In this document: positions 1-9,697 of the stretch, piece by piece
Numbering within the stretch: the first letter of the stretch is position 1
Layout: every line of letters starts with the position of its first letter
Virus record (IMG/VR): IMGVR_UViG_3300024264_000029
Location: 664 to 64,663 of that record
DNA: 64,000 bases
Strand: one strand, 5' to 3'
DNA from: a virus
Lineage: Duplodnaviria > Caudoviricetes
Position numbers and translations under genes: made by a program
Notes under the pieces: model-generated
Databases searched by the model: none
Told to the model about the DNA's origin: nothing
The model's input: the letters and a program-made list of their open reading frames with translations, nothing else

Positions 1-885
1 AGCCAGAACAAACTGCCGCAAACTAACCATATCATCATCTGTGATATATTTTGAACGTCTTGTAAGCTCTGTTATCTTTTCAGATGTAAATTCTAATTCG
101 GATAAATCTGGCGCAATTACTAAATTACCCACATTTTCAGCAACAAATTTTTGTAAAATTTCTTTTACTTCTGTCACATCTTCTTCGAATGTGTTAATTC
201 TTTTAGCAACATTTGAATATAATTGTGACGTTGCCGCCGAAATAGTTTTCGCAGAAAAATCTTTTGATATATTATCAGAAATATTAGTTGTTTTTTGTGC
301 GTCTTGTACAACTTGATCAGAAATATTAGTTGTTTTTTGTGCGTCTTGTACAACTTGATCAGAAATATTAGTTGTTTTTTGTGCGTCTTGTACAACTTGA
401 TTGGCCACATTAATAATAGTATCCTGAACTTCTCTTTCAGGTTCGTCTGCGAAAGTTAAAGTTCTGGTAATTTCTACATCATAATTAGCAGTCTGTGGGT
501 CATTCAATTCTACATTAAATTCTAAAGTAGTTCCATCAACATCAAATGTATAATTATTTGTAGAATTTAATGTGGGATTTGTTACAGATAGTCTGACAAT
601 ATCTCCGTCTGAAACAGATACACTTGTACCACTATCTACACCGTTTTTTATAATCTTTCCAGAAGAAAATGTTACTGTAGATGGATCTGTTGTTAATCCG
701 CTAACAAATATTTGGTTTGTCTGAGTAGTTATATTCCAAGATGCAGTAGATGTATCATAAACATAAGTTAGACTACCCTCAGTGACGCTCTGCCCGTCTG
801 TGGGGTTGGTTACGCCAGCTGGCGAACCTATTCCAATCTTTACTTTGATTATATCTCTGAATAAGAATATGTTTATGACTGACAT
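1..885 (-). CDS. Virion structural protein, 5' part only (runs off the window edge); contains 3x QVVQDAQKTTNISD
   Basis: ATG at 885 opens a frame (MSVINIFLFRDIIKVKIGIGSPAGVTNP...) that appears to continue to position 1. It is missing from the ORF track because it has no stop in the window. It lies downstream of the structural gene block. Confidence 0.7.
   Translation of the reverse strand, partial: MSVINIFLFRDIIKVKIGIGSPAGVTNPTDGQSVTEGSLTYVYDTSTASWNITTQTNQIFVSGLTTDPSTVTFSSGKIIKNGVDSGTSVSVSDGDIVRLSVTNPTLNSTNNYTFDVDGTTLEFNVELNDPQTANYDVEITRTLTFADEPEREVQDTIINVANQVVQDAQKTTNISDQVVQDAQKTTNISDQVVQDAQKTTNISDNISKDFSAKTISAATSQLYSNVAKRINTFEEDVTEVKEILQKFVAENVGNLVIAPDLSELEFTSEKITELTRRSKYITDDDMVSLRQFVLA
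274..399. repeat. Perfect tandem repeat, 3 x 42 bp, in frame in the 885->1 ORF
   Basis: ATCAGAAATATTAGTTGTTTTTTGTGCGTCTTGTACAACTTG at 274, 316 and 358. Confidence 0.95.
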
Positions 886-896
886 CGTATCTCTAT

Positions 897-925
897 AAAA
901 AATAAGGGGAAGCTAATGCCTCCCC
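897..925 (-). terminator. Rho-independent terminator after the 960..5426 gene
   Basis: Minus strand reads GGGGAGGC-ATTA-GCTTCCCC followed by TTATTTTT. Confidence 0.7.
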
Positions 926-959
926 TATATTTATTTCAAATTTTAATCTTTAGAGATTA

Positions 960-3900
960 TCAAGAAAAAGTATTATCCGCAATCGCTGCAATATCTCTTG
1001 GAGTATAATCACTATATTGTGGTCTGATAGGCCCACCTCTGGTTAAGAGGAAGATTCTCATACCATTACCAAATGGTTTAGTTGACATCATACCAACATA
1101 TGTTCTATGTGTTGCATTTGTTGTCGTATCAAGTGCATCCGCGCCATCTCTAAATGCAGTAGATGCAGTTGCAGCCGCAGCGCCCTGTTTTGCATTATGC
1201 CAATCATATGGCTGACGGAAGTTGAGCTTATCTCCATTTGAAGATACATGTTCAGAGCCAGGCGTATGGCCCGTTTCTAATGTACTTTCTTGTGCAGAGT
1301 CTAAGTCATACTTAGTTGCAGATGTTTTAATAATACCACCTTGAGTAGAACTATCAGCACCAGCCACACAAATCAAATCCATTTCTGCATCACTGTAGAT
1401 AAATCTCTGTGATGCTAGTGGAGTTGGGAAGTTAAAGATAACTGTTTTATCTTGCGTGATTGATAGCTGTTCAACAGGGTTGATACATGCAGGGCTGTCA
1501 ACCTGTGGAATAACAGCAGAAACATGATAATCCCAAGGTTTAAACACATCATTCTCACGAACAACAAATCTATAGATACCTTTAGCAACTTTATGAATGT
1601 CATTCCAGATAGAAGGAATATCTCTATCTTCTGGAACTGATACTAAGTATGTTGATTTACCTGTATCTCTTTCTTCAACATCATTATAGTTTTCATAAGA
1701 AAGTTTTACAACTGTACCATTTTCTATCGGTTGGTTAAAGGTCCATGTATCGTCGGTGAGAGAATATGCATACATTGGTTTTTCAACACCAAAATATTCT
1801 AAACTGACATTTGTAGTACCAAACTCAACATTACCATCGGCATTAATAGTATAGTTCTGTCCAAGAACAGCAGCATCTGCTTCTGAACCATCCACGAATA
1901 CTTTAAGTCTGTTGATTTCAAACAATGGATTTGATGCGGTTCCGCTTCTTCCAAAGAAGTTTGTATATTGATTATCAAATCCAGCGCCATTCCAAGCATA
2001 TTCGTATACAAATGTATCGTCTTCTGGGAATGTATCAATAACTGCCTCAATTCTCATAGCCGTACAAGTTGCCGAAGCATTCAAAGCTCCAGAAGTTTCA
2101 ACAATCGCAGCCTGTGCTGCTGTGGTTACAATATCACCAACTTTCATGCTGATTGCACCAGTACCTGGCGTAGTCCACATTGTATATACAACAGCACTAC
2201 CTACTGTGTGCTGTTCAAACCCTTTTTTCGTGGCGGCAGCTGCGCCAGCTTGGTCGGCATAGTCAGTAAGAAATCCACTTGTAGCACCCCTTTGAGAATG
2301 TTGAGGTAGTCCTACGATTTCAGCATCTGCAGATGTTGATGGCACCGGCGTAAATGAAGCTGGAGTTGCTGCAACAGCACTTATAGAATTGCCAGCAGCA
2401 TCAACTGTTGCATCCATTAAAGTGTAATGGACAAGTTGAACTCTTCTTGAAGCAACTAAAGTTTGTGCTTCTGGTGATGTTGGAGTAAACAAAGCAACAC
2501 TTGATACGATAGGAAGTTCCCTTGCGTCACCAGTTGGACTTGCTGCTGGAGCTAGTTCAGTTTTATCTAGAATTTTTACATCAGTTCTAGGATCTAAGTA
2601 TGTATCAACTCCAGTAGAAGAACGATGTCTAACTCTATATACAGATAATCCAAGTCTTGCAGGGCCCTGCATTTGGTTTCTAGCAGCATTAAAGTTTGCT
2701 AACCCACCAGTAGTGAATGAACCGTCATCACCAAACGTTGTCGTATTAGAATGAGCATCTACAGTCGCAGTTCTTGATGCAACAGTATTATCAAAAGCAG
2801 TGATTCTCTGTCCAACAGGAACAAAAGAAGTTCCATATGCTGAACCATAATTTAAAGGAAATTCAGTTCTTTGTGAGATATCTGGCCCGCCTGTGGCCGC
2901 AAAAGTCGAAATCTGGTTTGATGCTGCGATTTCTGCATAGTTTGACGAAATCACTGATGGTAATTTTGCCTGATCGTTAATAACTGTATATCCAGTAGTT
3001 GAGTTTGTTCCAAGGCTACCAGCATCGTTTAAAGGAATACCCGCTGTTGCCGATGTATTTTTATATCCTGCCCCACCGCTATATGCCAAACCACTCTTAA
3101 CTTCAATTGGATTTGAGTCTGTTAAAATAGACTGTTCTACTGGAAGGCCTGCCTTCAGCTGTCTTCCATTCACATCAAACACTTGTAATTCGTCCAATGC
3201 TTTTGATGTGATTGTAGTTTGTCCTGTTGCAGTATCAAAGTCTTCGCTCACCTCTGCAAAGAAACCAACATTATAGTTAGATGTTTCTTCTGGGCGAGTT
3301 GATGGAGAATATAAACAATGAACAGGTGATTTACCATCTTCAAATTCAATTCTACCTGATACGTTATTAACGTGTCTCTGTACAACAAACCATGCGTAGT
3401 CATCGTCTTGATCTACTGATGCTTGGTCAAACAAGAACAATCCAGTACCGTGGTCAGTACATGTCAAACGATATGCAAGTGGATAACCACTTTCAATATC
3501 ATCTGTCGTTTTACCTTGTCTACGGAACCAACCAGATTTTGCTTTGTTTGTATCGTTAGAGAAGTTATAATAGATTTCGCTAAGTTCGCCAGGCTGTCTA
3601 AACACCGCCTGCTTAATACCGTCACGACCCTGTCCTTTTGTCAAATCTCCATTATCTTTGATTTGTAATGCAGTTGCGATATTAACATAAAGATACTCAT
3701 CTCTACGGTCATAGAAGAAGCGCATTCTCCATTTTTGTGGTTTCCGAGCATCTTTAACTGGTTGAGTTAATGAAACTGTTGATGGAATTGCCACAGTTGC
3801 AGAGTTTACATCCGCTTTAGATGACAAAAGATCTGTCGCTTTTTCAGATTCAACAACAAACATATCACCAATTCTATTAAGACATTCTTTTACTGCTCTA

Positions 3901-5426
3901 TGGTCTTGTTGTCCATTTACAGCAATTGGAATTGGCTCTGAGGCATCTGCATCTTGGAATGGATATATGATATTATATGGCTGAGATTCGAAATCAGACT
4001 TATTAATTGCTATTCTCCATTCACCCTTTACATATACTGTTTTAGTTGCATTATCAAAAGCATTTACATCTATTGAGTCTTCTGTTGCACTATCTAATTT
4101 AACAGTAACAACACCAGTAGCATCATCAACAGCAGAAATTAAGGCTGCACCTTTGCCATTAGGTTCAATAATACGTTTACCAACATCAGCAGTCGTTAAA
4201 CCACCCGCCACTGGATTTGCAGCAGTAGCATTGGCAAAATCTCCAACTAAAGTTTTTCCAGAGATATCTGTTAATGTGAAAGTTCCATCTGCAGCACCCG
4301 ATCCAACAGTCGGAGCAGCTGCCCATGTCAATGTTGCATTCTGTTGTTGTACAGATGTCCATGCAGAACTATAATAGTTTCCATATGGGTGTAAACATAA
4401 GTCTGTTGCGAGTGTTCTTAAAACACCATTTTGTGCTTTAGGGTCTTTAATAGTATCTACGAAATATTCTAATACGACTGTATCTCCAACTGAAAAAGAT
4501 TCACTTCTCCAAGTCACTGTTCCATAGTCCAGCGCAAGCTGGTCTGCATCAACGACTGAACTTACTTTGATAACTAGATCTGGAGCAGAACCACCAATAT
4601 TACCCAATTGTGCTTCGGCAATTGTGATTTCATTTCCTATTAGATAGTCTTGGCCAAATGTCAAAGGAACAACTTTGGTAACATTTCCTGTTAAATCGAC
4701 GAATACTTGAAAAGACCCACCAGTACCAGAAGTAGCGTTTGCCACACCGTCTGGATCATTTCCTACTGCAACAGATGTTGGAGTGACTAAATATACGCCC
4801 CCACGATGTCCAGCAGTTCCAGAATCTGTTTCTACACCAGTTACGGCTCCAACGCCATCATAAAAGGAGACAAAAAATTGATTTTTCGCCGGAGACTCAT
4901 CAACAACTGCAGTTGTAGGATTGGTAGAAGGATCATATCCTTGTCCAGAAATAGAAACATCTACAGAAACTACTCTACCACTACCGTCAGTAGTAGCAGT
5001 TGCAGTTGCCTGTTTAAATGTACCAGTTGCTGGTTGGCCACCTCTAATTGTGACGTTGAAAGAAGTAGACGGTGCATAACCCAATCCACCAGATAATACT
5101 GAGATGGATTCGATACCGCCAGTATTTGTATAAGTGATGCCACCCAAGGATGCTGGTTGGCTTCCGTTTCTATATGTCTGTGTTAATGGTGAAGTTACTG
5201 TGGTAACTGTTCCGCCAATAAACTGTCTTCTTTGCGAAGATAGAGAATATGGAGAAATTCTATCAAATTCTCCTTGCGCGGGGCGGCCGAGCCTTGTGAA
5301 TGTTTGGTTAAAACTATTCAAAAATTGAAATTTCTGTTGATGCTTTTGTTGTTGCATCGAAACCATTTCATTTCTCTGAATAGAGAATCCACCTGACATA
5401 AATTCTGTAGATAATGAAGTAGTCAT
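960..5426 (-). CDS. Large virion structural protein, paralog 1 of 3
   Basis: 1488 aa. Shares DDYAWF..QR, PVHC.YS, RF.VRE.D..KP.D.H, INP.EQLSIT and GNGMRI blocks with the two upstream genes. Has a late promoter and an AAAGGAG RBS. Confidence 0.75.
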   Translation of the reverse strand: MTTSLSTEFMSGGFSIQRNEMVSMQQQKHQQKFQFLNSFNQTFTRLGRPAQGEFDRISPYSLSSQRRQFIGGTVTTVTSPLTQTYRNGSQPASLGGITYTNTGGIESISVLSGGLGYAPSTSFNVTIRGGQPATGTFKQATATATTDGSGRVVSVDVSISGQGYDPSTNPTTAVVDESPAKNQFFVSFYDGVGAVTGVETDSGTAGHRGGVYLVTPTSVAVGNDPDGVANATSGTGGSFQVFVDLTGNVTKVVPLTFGQDYLIGNEITIAEAQLGNIGGSAPDLVIKVSSVVDADQLALDYGTVTWRSESFSVGDTVVLEYFVDTIKDPKAQNGVLRTLATDLCLHPYGNYYSSAWTSVQQQNATLTWAAAPTVGSGAADGTFTLTDISGKTLVGDFANATAANPVAGGLTTADVGKRIIEPNGKGAALISAVDDATGVVTVKLDSATEDSIDVNAFDNATKTVYVKGEWRIAINKSDFESQPYNIIYPFQDADASEPIPIAVNGQQDHRAVKECLNRIGDMFVVESEKATDLLSSKADVNSATVAIPSTVSLTQPVKDARKPQKWRMRFFYDRRDEYLYVNIATALQIKDNGDLTKGQGRDGIKQAVFRQPGELSEIYYNFSNDTNKAKSGWFRRQGKTTDDIESGYPLAYRLTCTDHGTGLFLFDQASVDQDDDYAWFVVQRHVNNVSGRIEFEDGKSPVHCLYSPSTRPEETSNYNVGFFAEVSEDFDTATGQTTITSKALDELQVFDVNGRQLKAGLPVEQSILTDSNPIEVKSGLAYSGGAGYKNTSATAGIPLNDAGSLGTNSTTGYTVINDQAKLPSVISSNYAEIAASNQISTFAATGGPDISQRTEFPLNYGSAYGTSFVPVGQRITAFDNTVASRTATVDAHSNTTTFGDDGSFTTGGLANFNAARNQMQGPARLGLSVYRVRHRSSTGVDTYLDPRTDVKILDKTELAPAASPTGDARELPIVSSVALFTPTSPEAQTLVASRRVQLVHYTLMDATVDAAGNSISAVAATPASFTPVPSTSADAEIVGLPQHSQRGATSGFLTDYADQAGAAAATKKGFEQHTVGSAVVYTMWTTPGTGAISMKVGDIVTTAAQAAIVETSGALNASATCTAMRIEAVIDTFPEDDTFVYEYAWNGAGFDNQYTNFFGRSGTASNPLFEINRLKVFVDGSEADAAVLGQNYTINADGNVEFGTTNVSLEYFGVEKPMYAYSLTDDTWTFNQPIENGTVVKLSYENYNDVEERDTGKSTYLVSVPEDRDIPSIWNDIHKVAKGIYRFVVRENDVFKPWDYHVSAVIPQVDSPACINPVEQLSITQDKTVIFNFPTPLASQRFIYSDAEMDLICVAGADSSTQGGIIKTSATKYDLDSAQESTLETGHTPGSEHVSSNGDKLNFRQPYDWHNAKQGAAAATASTAFRDGADALDTTTNATHRTYVGMMSTKPFGNGMRIFLLTRGGPIRPQYSDYTPRDIAAIADNTFS

Positions 5427-5468
5427 TTATTGATCTCCTTTAGATGTATTATAATTTTGTTTTCTTTT

Positions 5469-5476
5469 TATTTATA
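5469..5476 (-). promoter_or_regulatory. T4-type late promoter TATAAATA
   Basis: Exact match about 43 nt upstream of the ATG at 5426. Confidence 0.8.
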
Positions 5477-5494
5477 AAAACTTTTCTTTGTAAA

Positions 5495-8400
5495 TTATTC
5501 ACCAAGTACCGAGCCTGGAGCCTTTCCTTCAGTAACATCACTATATCTAATACTAGATCCTGTTACTTGCATGAAAATTCTCATACCGTTTCCATCTGGA
5601 AGAGTTGAAACCATACCTTCATATTTTCTGGCATCTTTTCTCCAAATATATTTTGTTTGATCGGGCCCATCATGTCCAGCATATCTAGTTGTTTGATTTG
5701 CTGCCATTGCTGGAGTGGTAGTTGGAATATATTCTCCATTACCAAAGCCACCTGCAGGCCCGTTGATGCCATCACTATCTCCGTATTTGTTGATTTCAAC
5801 ATGACCTGCTTGTGTAGAGAAGTCTGCTGAAGAAACACAAATCAAATCTAGTTCACTTTGAGGATAGTAAAATCTCTGAGATGTGATTTGAGTTGGGAAG
5901 GAGAAAACAAAATTTCTGTCTTGTGTAATTGATAACTGTTCTTGTGGGTTAATAATAGCATGAGAGTCTATTTCATGCATTGTTGCTGATACGTGATAAT
6001 CCCATGGTTTTAGAACATCCTGCTCACGAACAATAAATCTGTTAATAGTTTTAACTTCATTCATATTTGTCTCAGGGAAATTTCTATCTTCTGGTGTAGA
6101 AATTATATATGTATTTTGAGATGGATTTGAAGACGTATAATTAACTAAAGAAATAGAAAAGTTAGACATAGACCTTGGTGCATGTTTAAACACTAAAGTT
6201 TTATTCATGAAATCGTAAATATATTCTTGAGTTGTGCTATCTCCATCTGTCCATACTATATCGCCAGGCAATAAACTAGTATATGCTTGTTTATTCGAAG
6301 ATTTAGTAAGATTACTTGTCGTAATAGTATAGCTTCCTGCTGCTTTGTCCAAGAAAAATGCTCTTCCAGTTGCAGAGTTTACTACATTATTGTTAATAGT
6401 TCCTGATACAGCTTCTCCTAACAAATTAGGTACAACCGCCGCATCCTCTGCTGGAAGTTTGAAGTTAGAACCTAAAGTTTCTACTCCTGCTGCTTCGAGC
6501 ATTTCCAAGAATCTACCTGCAGTAGTTGGATCTCCATTGACTACCCAATCATCATATGTTAGAACATATGCGGCATTATCTCTTCTAACTTCCACATCAT
6601 CTAAAGTAACAACCATAGATTCCATTACCTTTGCAGCATTATTCTGTTGTGCATTATATAAAATATCTAACAGTGCAGAATCACCTTCGGTGTAGTCGGA
6701 TATAGAAATAGCATCTGGAACAGGCGGCACACCGCTTGTCTGAGAAGCTGCTTTGGCAAATGTTGAAACTCTATCTAAGAAGTTTTCTGGGAAAATTACA
6801 TTTCTAGATGGTGATGGAGCCATATCATTTTGTTGAACCCAACTCGCAATCGGAGCTGTAGTTGCAGTTTGTTCACTTCCATCAAGTGAAATCTCAACCA
6901 ACCCATCGGGTGCGGTTGTATCGCGATCAAGAGCATTTGGTGAATTGGATGCACCCATCGTGAATGCTGTTGCTCTTCTTCTTGGAAGACTATTAAATCC
7001 AGTGATTGCCAGATCAGTTGGCACTCTTGTTCTAGATGTAATCATATCGCCGCCGGTGCCGCCAGGCAGATCCATAATCTGCGCTGCGTTGGTTTGAGTA
7101 AAATCATTGTTTGTTGTCACATTTCCTGTTGGACTTGTTCCAATAAGAATTGGATCGCCTGCAGTTAGAGTGTTAAATCCTGCAGACGGATCTGCAGATG
7201 AAGTAAATACTAATTCGCCAGACACATTATTCCAACTCACCACACGGCCGCCGTTGTATACATAATTTGGAGATGATCCTGATTGCGCAGCAATAAACAT
7301 GCCGGGGATCAGTTCCAACGCGGTAACTGAAGTTGGATTTAAATATATCACATATACAGTTTGCGACCAAAGAGTTTCAGTTGCAGAACCCTGTGCGCCT
7401 GTAATACCTCTATAGAGGTCTGATTTTACATCCGTGTTATATACACCAGAACCATATCCAGATGCGCCAGCCGCATATCCAAAACTATTGAAGTCGATAG
7501 CATTTACCAATCCATTAAATATAGATTTACTCTTATCAATCCATACAGTTGGACCTTCTGTCTTGAAAATAGTTCCTAGTGAATTTGACACAGGAGCAGC
7601 AGGAGATAAATCAGCCAAATCATCAGTTGAATAGTAATTACTTATAGAACTGATATCGACAGGACGCTTTGCCGGAGAATACACACAGTGAACAGGCGCT
7701 TTCTCAGTAAATTCTGGTTGTCCTGTTGTCTGGTCAACATGTCTCTGTACAACAAACCATGCATAGTCATCATCTTGATCTACTGCACTCTGGCCATATA
7801 AAAACAACCCCATACCATGATCGGTACAAGTTATTCTATATGACATAGGATAAGTTTGCGTAATCTCATCAACAATTTGAGGTCTTCTAAACCATTGAGA
7901 TTTTGCAGTAGATATAGATAAATTTGCGCCTTTACCGATAGCCGGTTCTTTATATACATCACACAACTCTCCTGGCTCTCTATAAACTGGAGATTTGATA
8001 CCATCTCTACCCTGTGGTTGTGATATGGACATATCATCTTTCAATTGGTAATCTGTCGCAACGTTAACTTTAATTTCATTGCTATTTTCTAACCAATCAA
8101 AACGAATTCTCCATTTCTGAGGTTTTCTTGACGCTGCTGGAGATAGACTATTTAAGAAATTTAAATTAGTATCTGATAACAAATCTACGCCCTTTTCGGA
8201 TTCTACCAGAAAATTATTTGTAATTCTTCTAAGCGCTGCCTTTACATCATCTAAGTGGTTGCTTGCAGGCATTGGATGAATTAATCTAAAAGGTGTTGCA
8301 AACTCATCATTCTCTTGGAATGTTAAATTAAATACATCACCTTCTGATATTTTCGATAGTGTAGCTTTTCTTGCATCTGTAGGTAACTCTACATCACTTC

Positions 8401-9628
8401 CAACAAGTCCTTGTGCTTCAGTGATGTTTGGGTTTCCGCTGACCTGTGGCCAGATAATAAATCCATTTAATCCTGTAACGCCGTCCGATGCGAGTTGTGG
8501 AGTGCTATAATCCCAAATCTGATTTGCACCAAGAGAATCTGTTTTTGGCCAAGAATTTGTACCAGACTGGTCTGGGCCCAAGCCTTTTGGCCCTACTAGA
8601 GCTCCATATGGAACATCAATTGTTTTCCCCCAATGATATGCAATTACAACATTTACAACTGCCATGTCAGTAATCCATGTCATAGGTGTAGTAGAAGGGT
8701 TTCTTTTTAGTTTAAAAGTTGATTTTCTTGTAGCAACATCACTAGATACTACATAATCATCTTTTGGCAATACTCTACCATTCAAAGATACTCTGAATTC
8801 GCCACTACCTAAATCGCCTTCAATTAATGGAAAATCATCCATTAAAGTAATGTAGGTGGTATCGTCTGCTGGATCAATCGCCGAAAAGCCTGTTCCAGCA
8901 ACCGCGCCGCTCATATCTTTTGTAGCAGTTTCTCTATGCTCAGTAACAACCTTCCACAACTGATCTGCCTGTCTTTGTGTTGGAAGTACTGTAGAACCGT
9001 CATTGCCAAAATCGTGGTTATATCTTACTGAAACTGTATTTTTAAATCCTTCTCCTACATAATCTCCTTCGTTTATTTCTTGGTCACCAGTCGGACTTGC
9101 TGCAACAAAGTCAGTATTGTTAGAGAATTTTGATCTGAAGATTTCTGGAGTTTCAAATGGATGAATACACAAGTCGTGAGCTAATTGAAAAAATAATCCA
9201 CCATCATTACCAGTAAATTTTTCCATTGCCTCAATATAATTGATGTTTAAAGTTTCGCCAGTGATAGGTTTTGCGGTTTCACTAAACACTAAGGCACCAA
9301 ATTCACCAATACCAGAAACATATTTTATGCTCCCTTCTCCTGCTAAAGTTGAGCCTTCTTCATATGAGTTTGCAACCCATTCTTGAATTTCAGTAAATCC
9401 TGCAGTCAAATTATTTTTGAGTATGTTTTTACCTTGGGTTCTGTCCAAAAACAGTCTCACACTACCCAATCTGATATCCCAATCCCAAGTCTTATCTGTG
9501 AAATCTGGTTTAGATCTCAACAAATATGTATCTGTGCCGGAATTGGCATTATGTATTTCTTTCTGTGATCTATGAATGACATCAACAATGTCATTTCTCT
9601 GAACACTAAATCCACTGGCAATAGGCAT
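5495..9628 (-). CDS. Large virion structural protein, paralog 2 of 3
   Basis: 1377 aa with the same conserved blocks as its neighbours. Has a late promoter and an AAAGGAG RBS. Confidence 0.75.
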   Translation of the reverse strand: MPIASGFSVQRNDIVDVIHRSQKEIHNANSGTDTYLLRSKPDFTDKTWDWDIRLGSVRLFLDRTQGKNILKNNLTAGFTEIQEWVANSYEEGSTLAGEGSIKYVSGIGEFGALVFSETAKPITGETLNINYIEAMEKFTGNDGGLFFQLAHDLCIHPFETPEIFRSKFSNNTDFVAASPTGDQEINEGDYVGEGFKNTVSVRYNHDFGNDGSTVLPTQRQADQLWKVVTEHRETATKDMSGAVAGTGFSAIDPADDTTYITLMDDFPLIEGDLGSGEFRVSLNGRVLPKDDYVVSSDVATRKSTFKLKRNPSTTPMTWITDMAVVNVVIAYHWGKTIDVPYGALVGPKGLGPDQSGTNSWPKTDSLGANQIWDYSTPQLASDGVTGLNGFIIWPQVSGNPNITEAQGLVGSDVELPTDARKATLSKISEGDVFNLTFQENDEFATPFRLIHPMPASNHLDDVKAALRRITNNFLVESEKGVDLLSDTNLNFLNSLSPAASRKPQKWRIRFDWLENSNEIKVNVATDYQLKDDMSISQPQGRDGIKSPVYREPGELCDVYKEPAIGKGANLSISTAKSQWFRRPQIVDEITQTYPMSYRITCTDHGMGLFLYGQSAVDQDDDYAWFVVQRHVDQTTGQPEFTEKAPVHCVYSPAKRPVDISSISNYYSTDDLADLSPAAPVSNSLGTIFKTEGPTVWIDKSKSIFNGLVNAIDFNSFGYAAGASGYGSGVYNTDVKSDLYRGITGAQGSATETLWSQTVYVIYLNPTSVTALELIPGMFIAAQSGSSPNYVYNGGRVVSWNNVSGELVFTSSADPSAGFNTLTAGDPILIGTSPTGNVTTNNDFTQTNAAQIMDLPGGTGGDMITSRTRVPTDLAITGFNSLPRRRATAFTMGASNSPNALDRDTTAPDGLVEISLDGSEQTATTAPIASWVQQNDMAPSPSRNVIFPENFLDRVSTFAKAASQTSGVPPVPDAISISDYTEGDSALLDILYNAQQNNAAKVMESMVVTLDDVEVRRDNAAYVLTYDDWVVNGDPTTAGRFLEMLEAAGVETLGSNFKLPAEDAAVVPNLLGEAVSGTINNNVVNSATGRAFFLDKAAGSYTITTSNLTKSSNKQAYTSLLPGDIVWTDGDSTTQEYIYDFMNKTLVFKHAPRSMSNFSISLVNYTSSNPSQNTYIISTPEDRNFPETNMNEVKTINRFIVREQDVLKPWDYHVSATMHEIDSHAIINPQEQLSITQDRNFVFSFPTQITSQRFYYPQSELDLICVSSADFSTQAGHVEINKYGDSDGINGPAGGFGNGEYIPTTTPAMAANQTTRYAGHDGPDQTKYIWRKDARKYEGMVSTLPDGNGMRIFMQVTGSSIRYSDVTEGKAPGSVLGE

Positions 9629-9656
9629 TAAAATCTCCTTTGTGTATTTTTCTTTA

Positions 9657-9664
9657 TATTTATA
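9657..9664 (-). promoter_or_regulatory. T4-type late promoter TATAAATA
   Basis: Exact match upstream of the ATG at 9628. Confidence 0.8.
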
Positions 9665-9697
9665 AAAAAAAATTAGTCTTTATTTGTTTATTTTTTA

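Noticed and set aside
274-399. Possible CRISPR array
   Set aside because: The units are contiguous with no unique spacers and are in frame within a CDS. The only Cas-like gene is a stand-alone Cas4-like exonuclease, which is common in T4-like phages.
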